Of a stretch of DNA of 64,000 nt, positions 42,201 to 57,500 are shown one piece after another. The DNA is from Schmidtea nova (lineage: Eukaryota). Position 1 is the stretch's first letter; the number at the start of each line of letters is the position of its first letter. Made by a program: the position numbers and the translations under genes. The stretch covers positions 373,550,001-373,614,000 of the forward strand of contig CM097883.1 in the NCBI GenBank assembly GCA_044892505.1, read 5' to 3'. The notes beneath the pieces are model-generated. The model had not been told where the DNA came from and made no database searches. It saw nothing but the letters and a program-made list of their open reading frames with translations.

Positions 42201-43205
42201 NNNNNNNNTAATCAGAAATGAAAATGTGCTAATCGGAGGTAGCCAAAGTCGCCAACAATTTGGTAATTTTACATTGTTCCCAGCAACCGGGTTGGTCCCA
42301 ACGAAAAATTCAATAATTGTGACAGTTGATTGTATCTCAGATAACCCAGGAAAATGTGATGAAGTAATTATGGGCTATTTTTTAAAATAAACAATTATTC
42401 ATAAAAATTGCTTATAGAATCTTATTATTGAAATTACTGATCGGAATCCCAAGATTGACCCCAATGGTGTTCTCTATCGATTGTTCGTTGAGGCTTTTGT
42501 TCCCAGCATCGATGCAGCTAGTCTTAGTTCTATATTTGAAGAGCACCGGATATGCGATACAATTACCGTTATCAATAAAGAATTGCATCAGGTAATTCAA
42601 GATCCATAGGGAGCTTTATAGTTTTGATTTTGACCTCCAGTTATGCTCCGGAGGCATTTATGGGAAATTGGAAAATCGGTTCCTATTTACAAATGTTCTA
42701 GTTGGAAGTAAAGTAGAATCCAAATTCAGACTTGACAATCCAAATAATGTCCCATGTGACATAAGCTTGTCACTGAAACCACTACATGGGGGTCGGAGTT
42801 CAATTGGTGGACGAGGATCGGCTTCTGTGGGTGACATATTTGAAGTTGAACCGACAAAAGCTCAAATAGAACCGAGAGGATTCATTTATGTTTCTGTTAT
42901 CTTTAGTCCCCTCGCTATGCAGGTTTTTATTTTATATTAAAAAAATCCTCTTAAATGGCTTCAGCAATATATCGCCGTCTTTGATTGCTGCATTGAAGGC
43001 ATGCCTTCAAATAGCCCATACAGAAGCAAAGCTTTATCATTTGAGGTTTGTGGTGAAGGATATTTGCCTAGGATTGTTGTAACCAAACCCACGCTACGTA
43101 ATAAAAAGAGTCAATATCTATGTTTATTCAAAAAGTCACTCTTGGGAAGATGTCAATCTCAGAATGTAGATCTTTTCAATGACGGCTGCTTACCTTGTCG
43201 AGTAA

Positions 43206-43244
<39 letters not shown>

Positions 43245-45504
43245 GAATCGAGCCAAGACCATTTTCAATGCACTTTTTATTTCATCAATAAGCAATTCGC
43301 CTGTCATAATGTCAAAGATATCACTGTTTAACCTGAAATCATCAAAAGAAGCATTGATTGTTGACGTATGTCAGATTTTTGAATTCTCGATATTAAAATT
43401 GACTTTGAATCACAATTAACTTTCTTAAATTGAAAGGAAGGTTTGATATCTCTTGGGAATATAATATAATTTCCACAATCTATAGAAATAACTCTTTCGT
43501 TTCCAAAACATCGTCTTCAGTTTGAATAACAACCATCGAATTAGAATCTTCTTGCGTGAGAACGTTGCCGACATGATCAAAATGTGATGCGATTATCTCT
43601 ATAGTCATTTAGTATGAATTCGAGTCAGACATGGCGGATTTAAGAAAAATACCTTGAATCATAGAGAACAATATCCCTCAAACAGAATCACCAAAACCCA
43701 ATGTTGAAAATTTAAAAACCTTCCAATTAAGCAAAAATCAAAGTCTCCGAAAATTGCATTCAATTCTTCCAAATGATGCGATTAAACAAGCTTTTTTAAA
43801 TCCACCGAAAAACCAATTCAATTTTAGAATAGTTCGATCCAAAATAATCCTGCACACACAGACGCGACAATGATAAAAAAGCAATGCGCACACAGACGCG
43901 TACAAACTCANNNNNNNNNNNNNNNNNNNNNNNNNNNNNNNNNNNNNNNNNNNNNNNNNNNNNNNNNNNNNNNNNNNNNNNNNNNNNNNNNNNNNNNNNN
44001 NNNNNNNNNNNNNNNNNNNNNNNNNNNNNNNNNNNNNNNNNNNNNNNNNNNNNNNNNNNNNNNNNNNNNNNNNNNNNNNNNNNNNNNNNNNNNNNNNNNN
44101 NNNNNNNNNNNNNNNNNNNNNNNNNNNNNNNNNNNNNNNNNNNNNNNNNNNNNNNNNNNNNNNNNNNNNNNNNNNNNNNNNTTTGTTTAAATAATTCTCT
44201 AATGCATTTAAAATAATTTATTTTTCTAATTCATATTTAACAACTCCTAATGATAATATTTATATCGGGCACAGAGTCCGAACGAAATGTTTCTTACTTC
44301 GGGAGATCGAAACACCATCGTTTAATGTTACAGATATAAATTGGATTTGTTAATTCAATATTATTTATTATAATAAGAAATTATTTTTATAAAATTTATA
44401 ATAATCGGAGTTTAATCATAGAGCGTTACAGAATCACTCACATACCTAGAAAATTATATCTTTAAATCAGTGACTTCGAATATTTTTGATAAATATTTGA
44501 TAATATTTATGCTGAGTGGTAACTCAAAAATTTGCTTAGTAATACCATCCTTATTTTGCATATCATAAAATAGAACTGGTTTGCATCTTAGAAAAGTTTC
44601 TTAAATAAATTCTCTTTCACTTATTGCTTTTCCATGCTGAGCTATAGAATGAGAAATGAAAAAATTGCTGATGTTAAATTTACAGAGCCTTACAAATTTA
44701 AGGCTGGAATTCGGTCGAGTCTTATAGAGGTGTAGCTGCCTACAAATGCATTCCTTCTTTTTATCCCAACGTTCTTTTAAAAGATGGCAATGATTGTTTT
44801 CAAAATGTCAATTTATATTCTGTGTTCTGCATAGTTCCATTTCACTACACAGCATGTACAATGACCTGTTGTTTCTGTCACTAATTCCATACATCTCAGT
44901 CCAAATGTCTTGGAAGGGCAGCTACTGCTGCTACTACCACTTCCTTTATCATTTAATCTTGCTTTTTTATTTGTAAAATTCTTCATCACGTGTCTGCGAC
45001 TATAAATAAATTAAAATTACGAAATTTTCTCTAAAAAGTTAATAGATTTCAACCTTTGTAAGTGTTGTTGGGCTAACTCCTGTTATAAAATAATTCAAAA
45101 CACTACACTACGTGCAACAAACAAATATATGAGGATTGCGGCGATGTAAAACAAACGTTTGACTCTCAGAATGTCTCGTTGAACACTGCCAGGTCTCTTG
45201 CAAACAAAGAGAACAAGTATATCAGTTTTGACACTGAAACCATTGTTCAAATATTAAAAAGCCGAACATAACACACGCACCAGTGTTTGTGATCATCGCG
45301 AAAAAATGTCTCCGCGTCAGCATTTTGCTGAATTGGCTTATATGTACATAGCACAGGGCACGTCGACAGTTCTTTGGCGATGACCGTTCATAAGCATTGT
45401 GTGCCATCTTTAGATATAATAAATTATTTTTATAAAATTTATATATTACTTATTATAGTCAGTAGATAATCATACAGCATTACAAAGTCATTCTCATACC
45501 TAGT

Positions 45505-45579
<75 letters not shown>

Positions 45580-48500
45580 GATAAGTAATATAATAACAAT
45601 CAAATTATATAATTACTGTTAAACGTACGCCGAACGATTTGTATTACTTACTCTTTTTAAGTAATTAGTATTATTGTGATTAATAAATTGATTTATGACA
45701 GGTTCATATTGATATGATTGATCCAGACTCAGCATTTTGGATCAGTACAGGTGATCAGAGTGGGTCGGAATCTGGTCCAGTGACTAGTTGATTAATTATT
45801 AATAATTGAAAATGTTTAGTATAAACTAGGTAAACAACCGCATGATTTAGTATTATCAATGGATGTTGGCTCGAGAAAGTCTTTCGATGTCCAATTTAGA
45901 CCCCGTCTTTCCGGAAAATATATTGCGAATATCAAAATTACAGTGGTAAATAATCAGTATGAAGACACAATAATACAGTTGGTAAGAACAGGTGTCATAC
46001 CATATAGTTAATAATGGAAGAAAATATTCTAGATTGGAGAAGGATACGAAGACTTCATTACATTCGAGAACCTTCCAATGATTGAAAACAATATGCTTCC
46101 TATTGCCCCTGCTGCTCCCGTTACACAAAGTGGCACTAAATCAGTTCCTCAGCCACCACCGGAAGAAATCATTGAAGCATGGAAAAATAACATTCTAAAT
46201 TTCGGAGACTGTTTCGTAAATGAACCAAAATCAATTAGCTTTTCAGTAAAGAACCATTCTGAAGAGATCAGTGTACGATTTACATGGCCAAGCATCGACT
46301 CAACAACAAATAATCAAGGAAACGTCATTCCGGTCAAATTCTCTCCCTCAGTTGGTCATCTTCATCCTGGTCAATCTATCTCAGTCATAGCCACTATTCA
46401 ATCGGTATCGCCAAAAGCATGGCAAGAAAAGCCCATTCAATGCAAACTTGTAAGGATCAACATGACCGATCTGGAGTTAGGAGAAAAAGTAAATTTTATA
46501 CATTTCCTTTGGTTTAATTTCAATAATTTGATCCGAGATTAACTATTATTCTTATATTGCAGCCGCTGAACTGGGATGACACGAAGAAGACCATGAAATG
46601 GATTGATGTTCCCGTAGAGAAGTATAAAATAACTAATAAATGTCACGGTTCATTGCGTGCGTAATTAGCTCTCCGACTGCCGGTACTACTCACAAAAAGA
46701 AAGTTATCGAAACAGAACAGGAACCGAAATTCACAGAAGTAACTGAAACTGCTCGATCATTGGACTTGCTTATTACTGCCAATGTCAACTACTGCAAATA
46801 TAAATGCAAGGTTTCCGAGATCAATTTTCAAGACACCATGCTGTTTGAGACACGGATTTATGGGTTGAAAACATTTATGTTGTTTAGATCTACAATTCTT
46901 GACCCTATAATGCAGGATATCTGTGAAAAACGAAGGACAGATCAAGATGAAATATCGATGGAGTATAAAACTAGATAACAGTGAAATATTTACACCGAGA
47001 AGCAGTCGTCCAAACACCGCAAGACAAGACAGGTACGAAACGATTGATGAGGATGATTTGAATAATCCGTTTGTCATCACTCCTTCTGAAGGTGTTATAA
47101 AGGTCAACGAAAAACAAAGATTTGAGGTGGCAACTGATTGGAGATTTCTTTACGATTAATGTCATAAAATAATAAAATAGGTTTCGTTTAATCCTCTAAA
47201 TGTCGACCTTTACAAAGCAAGTATGGTTTGTGAAATTGAAAACCTCGATCCAACTTCCAATAAGCCTAGTATCTCTCTCTCGGGTCGTTCTTTGCAGCCT
47301 TATTGTCATTTTGAATTAACCGACTCAGATTACCTGGTAAGTGGCCGACGAGATCCGACTATGCGAGGTCCAGGAGGATCTCCGCCAGGAAATGGAATTA
47401 ATCCGAACACCAGAGTTATAGAAATTAATGTTATTGGATTAACCTCCAGAGATATTAAGTAAGAACATGTATATAAATGAAGTATAATATTGTTGACATT
47501 TATCGTTTTCCCAGACAATTTAATGTGGTCAACCCAACGAGAAATGATTTCGAATATCGCTGGATATGTGAGGATTCAGACCTACCTAAGAATAAGAAAT
47601 TGATACAATGTTTGGCCACGAATGGAATAATTGAAGCTGGGAAAAAATTTCAAGTATGATAAATATTAATTTTGTTTTCATATTTCATGGAAATAACTAA
47701 CTTCTCGCTGCCTAATGCCAAATAATGAAGCATTAAAAATTTACTTAATAATTTGTCAGTAAAATATATAATATTTAATAAATTAATTTGAGAACGAATC
47801 TTATACTTATAATAATAATAAATAAACTATAAAATAAAAATTATAATTTATTCAAATAAGTAAAAGAACATCAATTTCTAAAATATATTTTTGCAATATA
47901 TTTCGACAGCTCAGCTGTCATCAGGCTCTAAACAAATTCAATAAAATAAAAAATGATCTTATTCATACGTTTATTAGTGATTACATAAAATAAAACCACA
48001 ATTATAATAAAATTTATTAAAACTCTCCAAATGCACTTGGATATTGCATTTTGTATATTTATTTTAGGATTAAATGATTTCATCATCAAAGCCTCGCAAT
48101 GCACACGTTCATAATAATTTTTTAAATCCTTAGACAATATTTTAAAATTGTAAATATAAATGGTTTTCTTGCATGTATTATTATGCTCAATAATATTACT
48201 ATTTCCGCTCTTTCTGGCATGTCCTTGAACTCGTGTTATATCCAATGTATGCAACATTACACACATTACAAGTAAAACGATATACTAGATCAGAAAATAG
48301 AGAGGTTAATGTCGCAGATTTATTATTGAACATGTCTCAAACTTTACAAAACTTAGAAATTATTTTAACATTAGAATTAATATTTTTTAAAATAGATTTC
48401 TTAAAAATTATTAATTTCTAACAAAATAATTCCGATGAATTAATTATTGAATTAGTATTGAAAAACCTTCGACATAGGTGAGAAAGTTCTCGTCCTCTTA

Positions 48501-51500
48501 CCGACATCTTCGACAAAAATACTATCGGGATGGCATGGAACATACAGAATCGTCAACAAAATAAGTGATGCTAACTACATAATAGACACCAGTCGAACTA
48601 GAAAATGACTGCGGACCTTTCATGTAAACCTTTTACGGAAGTGGCATCGCCGAGAAGAAGCAAGCATACAAGCGTTGATCGCCGACGAAGGCAGGACCGA
48701 AACCGAGACTGTTAAAATAAACCCGGAAGCGAGCACCGAGACCATACAAATCGTTAAACAACTTGTTGAAAAATACAGCACCGTGTTTTCTTCTCTACCA
48801 GGCCTGATAACCGAAGCAGAATTCAACATAAATCTCACGGATGAAACGCCAATCAATCAAAAACTATACCAGCTTCCGCATTCACTTAGAGATAGTATAA
48901 ACGAAGAAATTCAAAGCCTACTCAAGCTAGGAATCATCGAAAAGTCAAATAGCCCATATTATCAGATACCGATAAAAGATAAAGACAGACCAAAATATGC
49001 GTTTACAACACCATTCGGATGATTCCAATTCACAACGATGAGTTTCGGATTCAAAAATGCTTCAGCTTGCTACCAAAGAATGATGGATAAACTATTCCAA
49101 AACGTATCAGGAACGTCAGTGTTCCTCGACGATATCATTATCTATTCCTCAACAGTCGAGAAACATCCGAATACTACAGACAGTTTTAGAGACCCTACAA
49201 AGAGCTAATCTAACCCTAAATGCAAAGAAATGCAAATTAATGATGTCGAAAACCGAGTTCCTAGGGAAACTAGTCGGAAACGGAGAGGTGTCACTGATAT
49301 CGGAAAAAATCGATGCAATCAAAGGAGCACCCAGGCCAAAGACAAAGAAGGGATTACGACGATTCCTCGGTATGATCAACTACTACCGAAGCCATATCAA
49401 AAACCTATCAAGGAAAATGCATTATCTGAACGAGAAACTAAAGAATTGAGCCTCAAACCGAATAAGATGGGACAAACAAAGCGAAAAAGCCTTTAACGAT
49501 ATGAAAGGATCACTGACAGAAGCGCCAGTACTCATAGCGGCAGACCACGACAAGACATTTTATGTACAAACCGACGCGTCCGACCGAACCATAGGAGCTG
49601 TCTTATCCCAAATTATAAAGACAAAGGAACATCCGATCGCGTTTTGATCCAAGAAACTTTCGGAAACTCAGATCCGATGATGAACAATCGAGAAAGAGCT
49701 GTTCGCAGTACTGGAGCGTACTGGAGCGATTCCGTTATTACCTATACAATCACAAATTCGTAATCCAAACGAATTATAAGCCGCTAAAATGGCTCGTGGG
49801 TCTAAAAATTAGGAACAGTAAAATCTCAAGATGGAGCCTCCTACTCCAAGACTACGAATTCGAAATCTAGTACAAGAAGGGTACCGAGAACACAAAATAC
49901 GATTACCTCAGTCGATTTAAAGAAACCCAAGCCGAGTAGAGGGACGGATGTGACAGTTTAGAATTAATTACTAAATAATTCTAAATCGATTTCATCATTT
50001 TTAAACATTTTTGTTTAAATAAGCTGTTTTTGAGAAAAGAATACATTTTAAAAAGTGTCTTAGTTATTGTCGTAACAATGAACAATTTCAATTTAAAAAA
50101 TATTTTTTAAACCAATTTAGNNNNNNNNNNNNNNNNNNNNNNNNNNNNNNNNNNNNNNNNNNNNNNNNNNNNNNNNNNNNNNNNNNNNNNNNNNNNNNNN
50201 NNNNNNNNNNNNNNNNNNNNNNNNNNNNNNNNNNNNNNNNNNNNNNNNNNNNNNNNNNNNNNNNNNNNNNNNNNNNNNNNNNNNNNNNNNNNNNNNNNNN
50301 NNNNNNATTCCATTATCATTCAAATTTAATCAAAGACACTGATAAAATACTATTCCTGTAGTGTTTAATTTTATTTAATTGAATAAATTGATATTATAAT
50401 TTATTAATAATAAGAAGAAGAATAAGAATAAGAATAATAAAAAAATAATAATAATAAAAAAATTAATTAACAATTATATTAATAACAATAATAATAATAA
50501 ANNNNNNNNNNNNNNNNNNNNNNNNNNNNNNNNNNNNNNNNNNNNNNNNNNNNNNNNNNNNNNNNNNNNNNNNNNNNNNNNNNNNNNNNNNNNNNNNNNN
50601 NNNNNNNNNNNNNNNNNNNNNNNNNNNNNNNNNNNNNNNNNNNNNNNNNNNGTTTATTGACTAAATTGGTTTAAAAAGATTTTTTTTTAATTGACATTGT
50701 TCATTTTTTGATGAGGTCAAGATAACCGGAAAGTACTGGTTTTGCTTTTTAATATCTTATCAGCTTTTTATATTGGACTAGCGAAATCTCGGAATGCGTT
50801 GCAATGCCTTCAAGAAATTTGTATACATGAGATACAGAAACCTAACACCACCGGCACGGAAACAACAACTTCCCAAAGTTTCGACGCAATCTGACAAACA
50901 GTGAATATTGAAAGAAATTTCAATAAATAAAATTTCTTTAATAACGATTTTATAGAAAAACATTAACTTACAGAAAATTCAAATTAAAGGAAAAGTTTAT
51001 TATTACAAAATTAAAGAAATAAAACACAAATAATGATACTGATGATGGATGATGATGATTATATCGATAATGGTTGATGAAAAAAATTATAACTGATGAT
51101 GTATATAAAATTTCATCTCGATTTATACTATTTATGATAATCAAAACTATATTGATTTATAAAAAAAAATAATTTTAATGTAAAATTATAATGAAGTCAT
51201 CTACCGATGTACTAAAAAAGCAATAGGGTTCCTCGTCTAAGGGGTATCTACCATATAGCAAAATTTCAGCACAATAGTACGAGTATAAATTGAGTTATGT
51301 TAGAAAATGTATTAGACATTTCTAAAAATTCCAACTTTTCCTCACTTCTGCTCACTAAAAGAACTGAAGCCATCGCCCGATCAACCTCACAAACAATAGG
51401 GTTTTTCATTAAAGATGTATCTACCAAATAACGAAATTTTCAAGACGATAGCTCTAACCGCTCCCGGGTCTAGAGCAGACATATATACATTGTCTAAAAA

Positions 51501-54500
51501 TTTTTCCTACTATATATATATATATATATATATAGATTTGTGCAATATTTCTATATTTTGTACACCTTTCACATGTGTTCTTTCATGCTCTTTCCTTTAA
51601 TTCCTTTAAACGGTTTTGAAATACTCTTAAATATTTTTCTTCATATTTTAGACCATACATCAATATTTGTTGTGTTTTGTTTTGATAATAATTAATAGGG
51701 CGACTAGAATAATTTCACATTACAAGGACTTTCTTTTGTTGACTTTTAATATTTTCAGTGCGGATTTCAATTCACTTCCCAATCAGTCGGAGTGACGGAA
51801 TCATTCTGGAGATTTGAAATACCGGAAATGGGAATAAACGTACCTTTTCTCGTTGTCGGACAGTGCACGGAACCGAATGTTACTTTCGATAAATCCCATT
51901 TTAAATTCCCGGCTCTTCTCATTGGTCATGAATCGGTTGAAACTGTTGAAATCATCAATTTTGACAACCAATCCTACAATTTTGCATTCCAAGAAATTAG
52001 TCGTCATGCACCAGGTCACAGCAACAGTTTAAAAATTGAACCGATGCATGGAATTATTCCGAGTTGTGGGAAAGTCTCAGTCTACATTGGATTTACTGCA
52101 ACCTTTAACCAGACTCTTAATTTTAACTTAACGTGTCAAGTTGATAAAAAAACGTATCCTTTATCTATTAATGTCAAAGCAGAAGGCTATTCAGTGGATA
52201 GCACAGTTTGGTTTGAGGATGCCAACGGTCACAGTGTCGAGTTGATCCCATGCCCAAAGAACAGTGATCAGGAAGTGTATAATAACATCAATATAGGTCG
52301 AATGGAAGTCGGTGAGCAACAAACGAGATGGATAACATTAGTGAATGACGGGAAATTCAATTACGATTTCAACTGGGATATAAAATGGAAAGACGATCCA
52401 AAACTAAGCAGCATGCTGCTTTTGACGCCAATTTCAGGCACTGTAATTATAGGAGAAAAGCAAAGATGTGACCTTCACATAATTGCAAACAGACCAACAA
52501 TCTTACAAAAGGTTGTCGCTCTCCTAACAATTGGATATGGCAATAGCTACCTTTTGAACATCACTGCAGATATCCATCGGCCGATTTTGGAATTCTCATT
52601 TTCTCGACACGATTTTGGGCACTGCTTCGTTTATCGAGCAGGCATGAAACAGCTGACGGCGGAACTAGTCATAACGAATCGAGACTCGAAGGATTCGAAT
52701 CAAAAACCCATTAGTGTTGAATGTCTAACTGAATCAAATGACGTTTTCATGCATAATTTCGAGGCTGCTGTCATCATTCCTGGCTCATCAACGACTATTA
52801 AGATCACTTTCCTGCCACGAAAACCGAAAAAATATCAACAGCTTCTTTTGTTTGAAGTTAATGGTATCTCAAGACATTCGGTTGAGTTGACTGGATACTG
52901 TGAGGAATTGAAACTCGAGGCGGTTGATATACCAAATCATACTGTCAATCTCGGAATGTTAAAAGTAGGAGAAAAAGTAAACAAAATAGTCACTATTATC
53001 AATACGACGCACGTCCCCGTGACATCAAAATTAGTATTTTCGCCGACATGTGAAGAACTTCAACAACGAGGAGTTTTCAAAATTACTCCTTTAGGTATGA
53101 TACTGATATATAATTTACAATGTTCTATCAGGGACTTTCATTCATTTTTGTAACATTGACATTTAATAGTGTTAATTTCTAATTTAATAGTATTTTTTAA
53201 TTTTATTACTAATTATCTTTTAATGATCTATAATATAGTCTGAAAAAATGACAAATAATTAATTAATTTATAATCAAGTTTTAATCAATATTTATATTGA
53301 ATATTCAATAATCGGTAAAATATAAAATTTGTATAATCCAAATTCATTTTATATTATAAAAATAAAATACTATTAAATGTCAACATTAATACAATTATTA
53401 TTTTATAAAAATTTGTTTATCAGCTGAAATGATTAATAAAATATTTTCCAGATAGAGTATTTTTAACACCTCTCAACAAAGCTCTACCTCAAATTGTCTT
53501 TCCATTTTGTCGTTCCACTACCACAAACTTTTGCTTTTCGAAAAATATAGTTTATAAACTCATCTGTCTAAAATGTGATACAGAGCTTTCCGCATTCGAC
53601 TTAATAAATACATTAAAAGTAGAACCAGTAATTATCACGAATATTGAGAGTAGGTGCATAAGATGGTCCCATTTAGTAAAGAAACAAAATATCAAGTTTT
53701 ACAAGGCAGATCTAAAAATTCCTTATAAATATTAGCTTCCGAAACTTCCTTCGTTAAAGTTACAATCTCTTCATAATTCATAACAAATTAACAAATTAAA
53801 ATATATATTTTTAAAACAGTGCCCACTTGATAGTATTTAAACAAGGTTAATTATTGAACATCACTCTCCTCCTCTTCATTTTCTTTGAATCTCTTCAGCC
53901 ATTCAATTCTTCTTGATTTGATTGAGTTTGGAAATTGTAATTCAACTTGTCTTGGTGATAAGAATTTTAAAATTTTGTAAGGTCCTTCATATTGGATTCC
54001 CTCTTTCTTTCGTCTATGTGGTTCCAAGCGAACTAACACTTTCTCTCCCACCGTGAAAACTCGAGTACCTCGGTGTTCTAAATCTCTATTTTGCATTGTT
54101 GTAGCTGCTTTCTCTAGATTAGTTTTTGTTTTATCCACGATTTCTTCTTTGTTTTTTTGTATATGTCCTAATCTAGAATATAAATTAATCTTCCGACCAT
54201 ATACAATTTCAAAAGGTGAGAAATTTGTTGAGTTTTGTATTGTAGCATTCAAACTAAATTCAATCTTCGGTAACAATCTGCACCAATTATTTTCTGTTCT
54301 AATCTCTGTCAATGATGTTGCCAACATGTCCCGAACTGTTCTTATGATGCGTTCTGCTAAACCATTTGATTGATGTTGATATGGTGAACTGAATTCTTGT
54401 TTTATACCAAATTTCTCCATCCAATCACGAAACATTGATCCTTCAAAAATTCTTCCTCTATCTGTAAGAATGCTTTCTGGTCTACCAAAACGATATATCC

Positions 54501-57500
54501 AATTATTTAAAATGACATTCAAAATTGTTGATTCATCCTGCGTGCTTGTTGCTGATAAGCTGTCTCCATATATGCAATATCCACTACTATCTGTTCTAAA
54601 AACCGTTCTCCTGTTCTTGGCAATATAATTTCATTTGTTCTTCCTTGATCAATCTTTCTAGTAGCACAAATGTTGCATTTATTAATACATTCCGTAATAC
54701 TTTGATTCATCGATGGCCAAAAGAAAAAGTCTTTTTAATAAAATAAGGTTTTCTTGATACCCAAATGACACAGTTCAATATGAAAATAATTTACCAATGT
54801 TTTTACGTACTTGTCAGGTACTACAATTGCAAGTTTTCCATCTGCATTAGTCATCAATACGTCATCTTGTATCTGTAATATTTTTAGATACTTGAATATA
54901 CTGCTACTGATTGTTTCATAAGATATATGAGCCTCATTTCCATTAAGATGTGATATGATTTCTGAAATAATTTTGTCTTCGTTTTGCTTCTGTTTAATAA
55001 TTTTCATAATATTTGAACTTCCTTGTAGACTATTAATGTACCGAGTTCTACATTTTGACTCTTCAGCATCCTTGTGTTTCATCTGACAATGAGCGCATAT
55101 GGCATTATTTAAACGAGACATACCATCTGCATTTCCATGTTCTTCTCCCTTCCTATATTTTAACTCAAAATCGTATTCAGATAAATATGCCATCCATTTC
55201 TGAAACTGCGGACTTATTGGTTTCTTTGTCGTGTTCATAAACGTCAATGCCTTGTGATCCGCTCTAGCTACACATTTTCTTCCATATAAATATTGCTTGA
55301 AATGTACAATCAACTCGCGAAGTGCCAACAACTCTTTTCTAGTAACACAATATCCCATTTCATGTGTTGTCAAATGTCTTGAACCATACGCTATTACTCC
55401 CTCAGTACCATCTTCCTTAATTTGAGATAAAACGTCACCTATAGCTCCAAAACTAGCATCCGTATCAAGAATAAATAGTCGATCTGCCCTTGGAAATTCT
55501 AATATTGGTGCTTCACACAAGAGTTTCTTTAAATTGATAAAACTTTTTCTACATTCTTCAGTCCAAACAATAATTTTATCTTTTCCTGTTGTTGCGGCAT
55601 ACAAAGGTGCTGCTATCATTGAATAATCTTTGATAAACCGCCGATAATAATTAGTTAAACTTAAGAATGACCTCAATTCTGTAACACTCTTCGGTTCAGT
55701 TGCATTTTCAATTTATGAAATCTTTCTTTTGTTTGTTTGAATTCCCTTTTCACTCACTGTATGACCAATGAAATTTAATACGCTTTTATGGAACGCGCAT
55801 TTTTCGGGATTAACTTTCAAACCGGCATCTCTAATGCGTGTGAATACTTCAAATAGAAGTTTATTATGAGTTTCCTGATTTTCAGTATATATTAAAATGT
55901 CATCAAGATAGACAACCACTCCTTTGAAAATTAATCCTTCCAATATCTTATGCATCAGTTTCTGAAAAGTGGCAGGAGCTGTTGATAAACCAAATGGTAA
56001 CCTGTTAAAACAGAATTGTCCCTCTTTTGTACTAAATGCCGTCTTGGTTTGGGAATTTCCATGCAACTCTACCTGATAATAGGCTTGACCTAAATCAATT
56101 GATGAAAATATCTTTGACTTATCGAGACAATCCAATAATAACTGCATGTCTGGCATCGGGAACGAAAACCTTTCTGTAACTGAATTTAATAGCCTAAAAT
56201 CTAGACACATTCTTATAGAGCTATCCGTTTTTCCAACTATTACTAGTGGTGTGTTCCACGGACTCTGACATTTTCTCACAACTCCAACTTCTAATAAATT
56301 CTGTATTAACTCTTCAATTTTGACTTCTAAATGCATGGGTTGTCTTCTTGGATTTTGTAAAATTGGAGGACCCGAAGTCGTTATTCCACGTGTTATTACT
56401 TTTGTATGACCTAAGTCAAATCTGGATGCCATAAAAATGTTGCTAAACTTAGATATTAAAGTACCCAACTTCGAATTTTTGTCCAACTTGAGTGTCAATA
56501 ACGCAAACTCTAAACGATCAGAATCTGTAAATCTCTGGGTAATTAACGATGCATCTATATTATTGACTTCTTTAAGCTCCATGCCAAATATTCTCATGGT
56601 GTCTACACCTCCTATAAAATCTGGATGAATTTTTCTGACAATAATAACATTCAATTCTCGACATTTGTTGTTCCATTTTGCAACGATTTTAACGCTTCCA
56701 AGAGGTTTCTCGTCTTCTTTTGAAAAAACTCCACTCAACCGTATTCTGCTTTCCATCAAATTTGGACTGCCAATTAATCTCCAACATTTCTCACTCATTA
56801 CACTGACTGAAGCTCCTGAATCCCATAGCATCTCTACATAAAATTCATTTATTTCAATAGTACTCCACTTTCTGTCATCATCCTTCTTAAACATCACATC
56901 CTTCTTTACAACATTTCGTTTTTTATACTCATCTACTGTCTCGACCCTACTGACGAAATGTAGACAACAGGGTCTTCTTGGTTTTCTTTTTGAGTCTCAA
57001 CATTATGTATGACTGGGGCTATCAATTCCTCTGATCTGTCATCGTCTTCGTGTATACAGTACACTCTTGGTTCCAGTCTTTGTGTATTGCTTCTTGATTT
57101 CACTAACAAATTGCAATTTCTAAATGAATGACCTTCTTTACCGCATATTAAGCATTTGTCCTTCAAAGGACACTCAAATCGCATATGGTCACTTTGTCCA
57201 CAACAAAAGCATTGACCAGATCTTAACCTTTCTTCTGCTGGCTCAGGTAGACCACAACATCTATTATAAACTTTTCTTGCGATATGTTTCATTGAAACTA
57301 ACGGTGGTGGTCTACGATCCATAGTTGTCCTCTCATTATATTGTTCTACCACGGGTTTCACTCTATCAATTTTTCTTTCGCTTCTTTCATTTCTATTTTG
57401 ATAACTTATTTCTGGTTGACGACTCGAATACATTCTATTATTTAAAGATGTTTTTTTAGTCCATTTCTTCTGTTTATCTTGAGCAACGTTTGCATAGGTT

